Source of the DNA: Methanobacteriota archaeon
GTDB lineage: Archaea > Thermoplasmatota > Poseidoniia > Poseidoniales > Thalassarchaeaceae
Direction of reading: 5' to 3'
NCBI GenBank assembly: GCA_002730095.1
Contig: PBZE01000037.1
Span: 1,695 to 65,694, forward strand
DNA length: 64,000 nt
Shown here in pieces: positions 1-8,700 of the stretch. The notes beneath the pieces were generated by a model. It had not been told where the DNA came from. It saw only the letters and a list, made by a program, of their open reading frames with translations, and searched no databases. Both the position numbers and the translations under genes were made by a program. Position 1 is the first letter of the stretch. The number at the start of each line of letters is the position of its first letter.

Positions 1-1905
1 ATTGCCATCAACTAAAAGCTCACCATTTACACTTTTCCTTGCCAACTCCATGGTTAGGGGATAAGCCTCTGGTACTGAAGGCCCAGGGCCAAGAATCACT
101 CTTTCTGGCTCAATATTCCTCAAAATCTCCTCAGCCAAATTAGAAGCCGTTGCCGTATTTGCAGGCATCTTCCCCCCTACGATCACAACATTGTGACCCA
201 GTGAAGCAACCTCCTCGGCAATATTTCTAGTAAATGAGTCCAAGTTATCTACAAGAAGCGTGCATCTCTCCACTCTTTCACAGGGATAAACACTGATCGA
301 TCCCACTTCTCCGAGCCTCTCGTTAATCCCTGGAATGAGAGAGCTCACGCTTTCTACACCCTCTGGGATAGGGAAAATTCCGACCTCCCTTTCAGGCAGG
401 TCTTTGTCCGTGAATCCAGTTCTAAATCCCCATGCGGATTCCGTAACTGCAGCAGCCTTCCAACGAGCTTCCTCGACTTCTTCTGCAGGAGACGAACCGA
501 TTACCACACCTCCTCCTGCTTGCACAGTTGCATGCCATCTTTCAGGGCCAGAGTGAGCTTCTAAAGTCCTGATTAGTATATTCCAATCAGCTAATCCATG
601 ACCTTTGTGGATGTGGCCAATTGAACCAGTCCAGGCCCCCCTGGTCCCTTCTTCTAACTCATCTATTGCTGCTAGAGTGACAGTTTTGGGGCATCCAGTC
701 ACAGATCCTCCCGGAAACATCGTACTGGTGACCTCAGATGTTGAGAATTTTTCATCCAATAATCCTTCAACTCCACTGACTAGGTGTTGAACATTGGAAA
801 GGGCCTCTATTCTCCACCCACTCCAGTGAACAGTTCCAGGGACACATACACTACTGAGATCGTGCCTTTCCAAGTCGACCAGCATTAAATGCTCAGAGAC
901 CTCCTTTTCACTAGATACTAGCTCTGTCCTTAGTCTGGAGTCCTCCTCATCATCAAAACCCCTCTTTCTAGTTCCCTTAATTGGCCTAGTCCTGACAACC
1001 CCTCTATCTAGCTCTACAAGTCTCTCTGGACTGGAGGATGCAAGAGACCATCCAAGATCTGAAACCATCATCCAACAGGAAAATGGTGCCGGGTTAGAAC
1101 GAGAAAGCAGTAGGAAAGATTCCCACGGCTCCCCCGGCATCTCACCTTCCCACTTTCTTCCGTAGTTTACTTGATACAGATTACCTCTGGATATCGCTTC
1201 CTTGATCCGAGAGACCTTTCCAGCATGCTCCGAGTCACTCTCGCTGTAAGGAACTGATTCAGAAACCGGTATTTCACCAATTTCTGTGACTCTATGGCCA
1301 GTCAAATCAAGATCAAGCCATGGATGGTTTTCCAAAGCTAAAACGCCGATATCAGAACTCAATCTGTCATGTACTATCCAAGCGTCAGCTCTCCACAGAA
1401 CCCCAATCACTGTACCTGGCTGGGGAGTATTGGAGAGTCTGATTGGGACGGTCCATCTACTCAGATCATATCCTAATATGCCAGTGAATCCCCCGGGATG
1501 TAAATTGATATTCGAATCACTAGGTACAGTTATCTCGAATTTACTAACATAGTCCAGTGCTCTCGTCAAATCAACACAGTATTCTTCTTGTATCGTTTTC
1601 CAGCCCTCCTCCTCCTTCTTTTGCACTAGAATATTGAGTGGTGGCGGAGACCCCAATGAAACTTCTCCACCGAGAGCCGACTTGTTGCCTCCGAATTCTC
1701 CACCTTCGGGTTCAATCATCAGTACTCGTATGCTATCGATACACGGAATCATCGATCTCTGAGATAGATCGCTGATTGGCCCTCCAGAGTGTAATAGCAA
1801 CTCATCTCCACTTGAGTATCCAGATTCTCTGAGAAATTTTAGTATGTGTATCATACACTCTCCATCATCGGATTTACTCAGATATTTCCACATTGAAGAC
1901 ACCAT
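1..1905 (-). CDS. pabB: aminodeoxychorismate synthase: PabB chorismate-binding domain fused to a C-terminal glutamine amidotransferase (PabA-like). The 3' end runs off the window.
   Basis: Not in the supplied ORF track, because there is no stop inside the window. My translation of the minus strand from ATG 1905 (alternative ATG 1893) is open down to nt 1. It reads ...SPERLVELDRGVVRTRPIKGTRKRG...EHLMLVDLERHDL...FPGGSVTGCPK...AWTGSIG...QAGGGVV, then LLVDNLDSFTRNI...VILGPGPS, which is the start of a class-I GATase. PIKGT (Lys) rather than PIAGT favours PabB over TrpE. Confidence 0.85.
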   Translation of the reverse strand, partial: MVSSMWKYLSKSDDGECMIHILKFLRESGYSSGDELLLHSGGPISDLSQRSMIPCIDSIRVLMIEPEGGEFGGNKSALGGEVSLGSPPPLNILVQKKEEEGWKTIQEEYCVDLTRALDYVSKFEITVPSDSNINLHPGGFTGILGYDLSRWTVPIRLSNTPQPGTVIGVLWRADAWIVHDRLSSDIGVLALENHPWLDLDLTGHRVTEIGEIPVSESVPYSESDSEHAGKVSRIKEAISRGNLYQVNYGRKWEGEMPGEPWESFLLLSRSNPAPFSCWMMVSDLGWSLASSSPERLVELDRGVVRTRPIKGTRKRGFDDEEDSRLRTELVSSEKEVSEHLMLVDLERHDLSSVCVPGTVHWSGWRIEALSNVQHLVSGVEGLLDEKFSTSEVTSTMFPGGSVTGCPKTVTLAAIDELEEGTRGAWTGSIGHIHKGHGLADWNILIRTLEAHSGPERWHATVQAGGGVVIGSSPAEEVEEARWKAAAVTESAWGFRTGFTDKDLPEREVGIFPIPEGVESVSSLIPGINERLGEVGSISVYPCERVERCTLLVDNLDSFTRNIAEEVASLGHNVVIVGGKMPANTATASNLAEEILRNIEPERVILGPGPSVPEAYPLTMELARKSVNGELLVDGN

Positions 1906-2685
1906 CTAATCAAACTCTGAAAAATCGGAAGAAATCACTCTTTTACTCCAGGCCTCTCTCGACAATAAGAAAAGAGGGCCATTGGGTTTTCCTATTTTCC
2001 TACCGTCAATTGTCCCTAGAGGCCTTATGCCCATCCCACTTCCACATACGATCATTTCTGAGGATCTTTCAATCATTCCCAGAGTCAACTTGGCCTGCCT
2101 AACAGGTATTCCTGACTTTTCCAGATATGGCGAGATCACTTGTAACGAGACTGAATCAAGAGCCCCGTCACTGTGAGGGGGGTGATAAGCGACTCCATCC
2201 GAGTCGAGTAATAGTGGTGCACAGCGATCTCCATCAATTAGACATCCATCTTCAAAGAGAAGTCCAATGTCAGCACCATTGTTTTCTGCAACATCCCTCG
2301 CATCTCGATAAGGCTGGTAATCACCATGTTTTGTCCCTCTGATATCACCATCCCAAGTAGGGGCCTTGAGTGATATTCCGGATAATGGTTTCATTGGCCA
2401 TTTTCTGTTAATAGCGCCCTTCGCAGAAACTTCACCATCAGAACTAACTCTGACGATTAGTAGGTATGGATCTTGACTGGGGTCATCATTACGAGTTGCT
2501 GGAATCTCAATTCTACCCAGTAATGAGCTTATTTGCTCACTAAGATCTTCAGGGAATCTCATACCCAGCCTTCTAGAATGTCGACGCATTCTATTGAAGT
2601 GAAAGCCAGCAGAGGAGAGAGACTTCTCTCCATCCCAACCAATTGCTGACCAGACCGATGAATAGGCCTCCTCTGAGTTAGTCAT
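1906..2685 (-). CDS. pabC: fold-type IV PLP enzyme, probable aminodeoxychorismate lyase
   Basis: 259-aa ORF. GTKHGDYQPYRDARDVAENNGADIGLLFEDGCLIDGDRCAPLLL...EMIVCGSGMGIRPLGTIDG aligns by eye with the C-terminal half of E. coli PabC and class IV aminotransferases. Its TAG stop is followed directly by the pabB ATG. Confidence 0.6.
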   Translation of the reverse strand: MTNSEEAYSSVWSAIGWDGEKSLSSAGFHFNRMRRHSRRLGMRFPEDLSEQISSLLGRIEIPATRNDDPSQDPYLLIVRVSSDGEVSAKGAINRKWPMKPLSGISLKAPTWDGDIRGTKHGDYQPYRDARDVAENNGADIGLLFEDGCLIDGDRCAPLLLDSDGVAYHPPHSDGALDSVSLQVISPYLEKSGIPVRQAKLTLGMIERSSEMIVCGSGMGIRPLGTIDGRKIGKPNGPLFLLSREAWSKRVISSDFSEFD

Positions 2686-2726
2686 GGTCCCCGATGTAGG
2701 CTAAAGGATTCAAGCTCTTCTGTTGA

Positions 2727-5700
2727 TCAGAGCATATCATCAAGATCGTCGGCTAGACCGTCAAGGTCGTCGAAGTCAAGATCATCAGCTAAGCCATCAA
2801 GATCATCAATGTCCAGGTCGTCTTCTTCCATTCCTAGTAGCTCGTCAGATACATCGGGCGAAGGTTGCGGAGTAGTATCTGCGAATTCTCCTCCGATTGG
2901 CTGGACTATTGTATTCTCCACTGAATCGTCATATTCCACCGAGGGAGAATCAAACTCGGATCCTAATGAGTCGGAAGTTAGCTCCAATTCATCCATTCCA
3001 AACTCTTCATCCTCTGAAAGCCCCGATGACTCCCTCATCATCTGTTCTTCAAGCTCGACTTCAAGGGCCCCCATCTCCCAAGGTTGAGGTGCCGACTCTC
3101 TCCTAGGCCTGATGAATAATACTGCACCTGCTAGGACCATCATTGCAGAGATAACTGAAATTAGGGTATTCATGTCCCCACTCATTAATTGATCAATCCA
3201 AGAGACGCCCCCTTCTCCTTCCTCTCCGTCGGAAGACCCGAAAGAGCTCTCAGACCAAGGAAGGATCTCCAGAGGGTCCACAGCTAATCTACTGACTTCG
3301 CCATCAAAGGCCACTACTACGACCCAATAGGAGAGTGCATTATCCAATGGCTCACCCTGTAACTCATCTAAAATCAGTAGATTCCCCTTGATATCAAAAT
3401 TTTCGATATCAATTATTGAACTTACAGGTGTGGCATTTCTGATATCCTCAAAGGGATCCAGACTAACAAATACTCTGTAGGAAACAACCTGGGGGTCCTG
3501 ACTTAGGTCCCATGTAATATCGATCTGTGATCCAGAACTATCCCAATATCCACGAACACCCGTGACTTCTGGAAGGTGTAGTCCAGGGTCCAAGCTGTTC
3601 TCATCAACTAATGCGATAGATGACGTCCTGAGATTTGTGAGCCATGAGTTGCCGGATGAATCTACGGGCACTACGGTGACCCATGTCATAATTGAAGGAG
3701 CAAGGCTTCTTCCGTCCGAGAGTGATTCGATGGTGACAGGTAATTCCGAGTTCCTGTCCACTACCATCACAGGCTCCATATTTGTAGCATCAGCAAACGG
3801 AACCACATCTGCGAAGATGTGATATTCATACAAATCAGATGCAAAGCTCTCTTGGAATGTTACAAGCATACCATCCCCGTCATCAGCTAGCCTATCCTCA
3901 AGAATTGGAGGTGACAATCTGTCGGGCGGAGTGATATCGCCCCTATTATCAACGGGAGTTACTATGGATATGTGGTCATCCAATCCAGAGAGGTAAACGT
4001 TCCCTTTCACATCATGCACGGTAACTGCCACATACAGAGGTATGTCTGGAGAGATGGGGGATTCAACTAGGGAGTCTATAGAGCTCCCATACATTGCCGT
4101 GTCAATTGTCATCTGCAATTGTAGGACTCCGCCTATCTGCCTCTGATCAATCACGATATTGCTACAACTAATAATCCCACTTTCACAATTGTCATTCAGT
4201 TCAGAGATATTATTGAGAGGATAGTCAGAGACCCATACTGTGTAGAAATCGAAGTCCGGAGCGGTTGATCTATTCCAAACAATATCGATCTTGGTCCCGT
4301 CATCATCAGGATGATCCCATGCAATCAGTCCCTCTACTCTATCCGGTGCACTTGAAGTTCCATTCTGATTCGCTTCCGGGGTGGCCTCTACGACTAGAAC
4401 TGAGTTCACATCAGAGTTGCCCCAGTCATCCGAGGCAACCACTCCAAACCAGTATGTGATGCCGTCTTGTAATGGAGATGAACCAAGAGAGTCCACTATG
4501 ACTCCTATTGAATCAGAATCCGGGCTATCTGGAGAGCAACTAGGAACATATTCAGCTACTGGCCAACCATCTACTGTCGAAGGTGGCTGCCATCCAGATG
4601 CCGGCAATGCGTAAACCGTGTAAAAAGAGCAGTCTTCTTCAGTATTAGCCTGCCAAGTCACCTCGACCCTCCCTCCCTCGTCTTCTGGGACATCTAGGGC
4701 CTCAGTTCCCAATATCATGGAAGGGGGAATCCCATCATTTAGCCCACCAGCGGTTGTCACAGGGCCAAACACAGTAACATTACTTGGATCATACTGCCCC
4801 GATTCATCTACACATGCAGCTGCAAACCAGAATACGCCTTGCGGGGGCAGATCGATTACGGTTGAGTTTCCTGAGGAATAGGGGATGTCTATTTCCCCTG
4901 TTAGAGCGAATGCATTGGTAATCTCTTGCTGTGCAGCCCACAATCTTGTGAACGATGGATCAAGCTCTTGACACATCGCCCATTCTACGACTATTGTCCC
5001 AGCATCTCCTCCTGAGATTGGAGCTGCTTCGAGCCAATCAGGAGGTCTGGGCATCTCATCAGTTGGAGTGATGCTCCCAGGCCATGCAATCGCATCACCA
5101 ATACTTCCATCAGGGTACTCTATAGCAATAGAACCACGGTATACTCGATCATCAGACAAAGTCTCCGTGACCCCATCGTTGTCGGCTTGGGTCACCATTA
5201 CAGATGTCTGAGGCCAAAACGGGATGCTAGTGTATGTTGAGAAATCATCCAACTCATCTTCGGTAGGATTCCAATCCTCTCTACCAGTTGCGTCCCAGAC
5301 GAAGATTCTGTATCCATTCCAGGCTGCATCCTCGGCAGGGAGCCAGGTGACTTCTAGGACTCCCCCTCCATCATTGGGGCGATCAGTCATGTTTACTATG
5401 CTGGTGGGAACTTCTATCCTATCCCAGTCATATGTTATCCTGACCTTCATTTTTCCATCATTGGGGGATTGTAGCTGGATGTGGGTCTCAACAGATGAAG
5501 AACCAGGTCCAACTTGGGATATAGCCGATTGGAACGCGGCTTGAATACCGGGATTCATCATTTGCATATCCCAGCTACCCGAATAATTCAGTACGGAGGA
5601 CTTAGCCATAACCCAAGCTCCAGTCTCTGGAGAGGATAATGTCAGGGCCAGGGGATTCATGGGTAGTTTTCCAGGTAACACAGACTCCGAAGTAAGAGCT

Positions 5701-8700
5701 ATGTCCATAGGCTGTTCGTCATTGACGAGAACGGTCGTCATGCCTGGCCTCGCTGTCTCATTGATCCCTTCCCACGTTCTTTCACCGATAATGGCGTTCA
5801 GTGGACGAGCGGCCCTTTGTCCGCTCTTATCTGACTCCACCATGGCATCGACAGGTGAGAAGTGATGAAGACCGTCATCGGAGACCAAATAGAGGCCATC
5901 ATCACTTAGATCCATGCCTCTTGGATCATTGAGAAGACCGTACTGAGATTTGACTAGATGCGCTCCACCCGCGTCCATGACATCAATTCCTCCCGGGCTG
6001 ATCATCACTAGGTTTCCACCATGGGATGATAATTCGGATGGGGGCCATGACATGAGGGAGTTAGTAGGCGCGCCGACTTCCATATCCAATGATGAAGAAT
6101 TCCAGTGAACCATCGGGGAAATGTCTGTGGCAATATGAACCCCCCAATCGTCAGCTGCCACAGAACGCACATCATTACTGGGGATTTTGTCGATTTGATA
6201 TGTCACATTCACGCTGTCTGTGTTGATGTCCCATGCAACAACCCCCGGCCTAGTGGGGCCTTGTCCGTTGTGAGATACAAATATCGCCTCATCATGGAAC
6301 TCAGTCACAATGACGCCGTTTTCATCGGTGAACTGCCTAGTTACACTATCGGCATAGACGAGTCCAGATACTCTGTTTCCAGCCAATCCATCAGTAGCAC
6401 CTCTGGTAGTTAGAACGGTGAGATTTGAATCCAAAATTGTAATTCCTGAAGGTCCTCCTGCCAGTATCACATCGCCCTGGCTCGGAATATCGACTACCAG
6501 GAGATGCTCGTAAATTGATATCGGAAGACCGTCAAATGTTGTTATCGGGTCTTCCCATTCAGAGAGCGTGTTGTTGTATACGGCAATTCCTCCCCATGTT
6601 GCTGACAATATTTTATCCCCAAAGGCTACGAAATCCTTCACAATATCATTGGGAAGACCAGCTAGGAGGCTGCCATCGCCCCATGAGTCAAGAGAGGTAT
6701 CGAATGTCTGGAAACCTGCTGCGGAGCCGTCATTCCCCATCAGTCCAACATACAGCATTCCATCATCGTCATCGAATACCATCCCATCCATTTGTCCGTG
6801 CAGTGCCGGAGGCAATGGAGCGTATGATCTCTGATTCAGGTCTATGGAATACAATCCTCTGCCAGCAGTAGTAACCCACATCGTATCTCCATCCAATAGC
6901 ATACTGTTGATTACATCGTCATCGAGGAGGTTGTATCCATATTCCCACCTGACAGACCCATTTTGTAGGATGGTCCCTTGGAGGATCGATGTCGCGTAGA
7001 AGGAATTGCTGTCGAATGCCGATGCCACCCAGACATGGGTAGAGTTGGATGCGAACTCTACAACTCTCCCGCTGCTTAGTCCGGCCAATTCATCGAATCC
7101 CGAGGCTATTAGTCCGGAACTATCGAGCCTATCGACTCTGTTCAGTCCGGTGGTTTGGCCCGATCGACCTATAGCGTAAGTAGGGGTATTAGCAGGTACA
7201 CGGACTATCGAACATCCGTCCATTCCGGGACTTAGGATTGCCCCACCGGTCACAGAGGTTCCAGAGGTGATTACTCTAGAGATCCCTCCAGTGTCTTCAT
7301 ATTGATGAGCAGAAAGTAGAACGTTTCCATCGTGAAGCATGCCCCCGGGGAAAATCCGGTCTTCTGAAATTCCATCAGCTGATGTTAGCGTTGATAGGAA
7401 ACTTCCGGTATTGTAGTTGTACCTGTCCAGCCCCACGCCATCCGTGTCAAAACCAATGTACAGAATCTTGTTCGCCTCATCACAAGCAAGGGCCCTGGGG
7501 TCATTGTCAGACAGGCCGTTGCTACCTCCCTCAGTAAGAGGGTCAATCCACTCGCCGATTACTCCGTCAGAGTCATGATCAGCCATATCGAATCTTGCTA
7601 CTCCGCCCTGATTGCCCCACCAAGAGAGCCTGCCAATAGCGAAGTGAATTATGTCGTCACAAACAAGTATGTCTGCACCATATCCACCGGGTATATCTCC
7701 AGAACCAAGATCCCAAACCGTCCAGTTACCCGTCGTCCCGTTCTTGGTTAGGATTTGTGCATTCGAGTTCCAGCTGCCTTGCTGATGGGATGCCACCCAA
7801 AGATCATCGCCCACGATTTCCATCGAAAAGAACTCATCCTCGGTGTTGTTAGGCAGTCCATCGTTCTCAGTCCATTCAGTCTCAAAAGTCTCATTGACAG
7901 GATTCCACCTGTATATCCCTTCCATTGTCGCAAAGAGGTATTCGCCATTGAATTCCTCCATCCCCCTAACAGGGCCCGGGAAGTCATCCCACTCGTCTAG
8001 AAGTGTCATCGAGGAGTATTGGAACCTCCTCATTATGTTGTCCCCATATGCCACCCACATCTCACACGAGGTTGTGTTGAGGGGGAAGCAATCTCCCAGC
8101 AGTCTGGCATTAACCCTCTGAACGTTCCCGATTGTAGGCAGATCGTCTTGCCATGTCTCGTTATTGGTATTCCATCTAACTATCGTCCCTTCCCCGTCAT
8201 TCCAGGACTGCGTGGGCCTGACGCCTATCCACAGCTCATCTCCAACTACCCCCATTCCGTAAACTCTTGAGTTTGACCCGATTCTGGACCCAGCGTCTAG
8301 TGTGGTTAGGGAGGTATTGTTGTTGAGCGCTATTCTGTAGATCTCGTCATTAGAGTTCCACCATTGATTTGACCTCTGAGTGGAGTAATGTAGGACATCA
8401 CCAACAATTACCATGTCAGCAGGGCTTCTTGAGGGAATGGAGGGGCCGTTGGCGTTCACTCCTCTGCCCCAATTGATCAGTACGGTGTCATTGACAACGT
8501 CAATCAGCGTCAGCCCGAAATCTCCCCCGGCCCACAAAGTTCCACTTTGTCTACCCGGTATCAGGGTAGTCACGTCATCATCATCTATGTACCCCTGCGA
8601 TCCGTCCCAAGTGGTAAGCCACACTTCGTTAGCTAGGTCATATCTTGCGATGCCAGTATTTTCGAACCCCAAGTATAGGATCTCGCCGATCTTAACGGTT

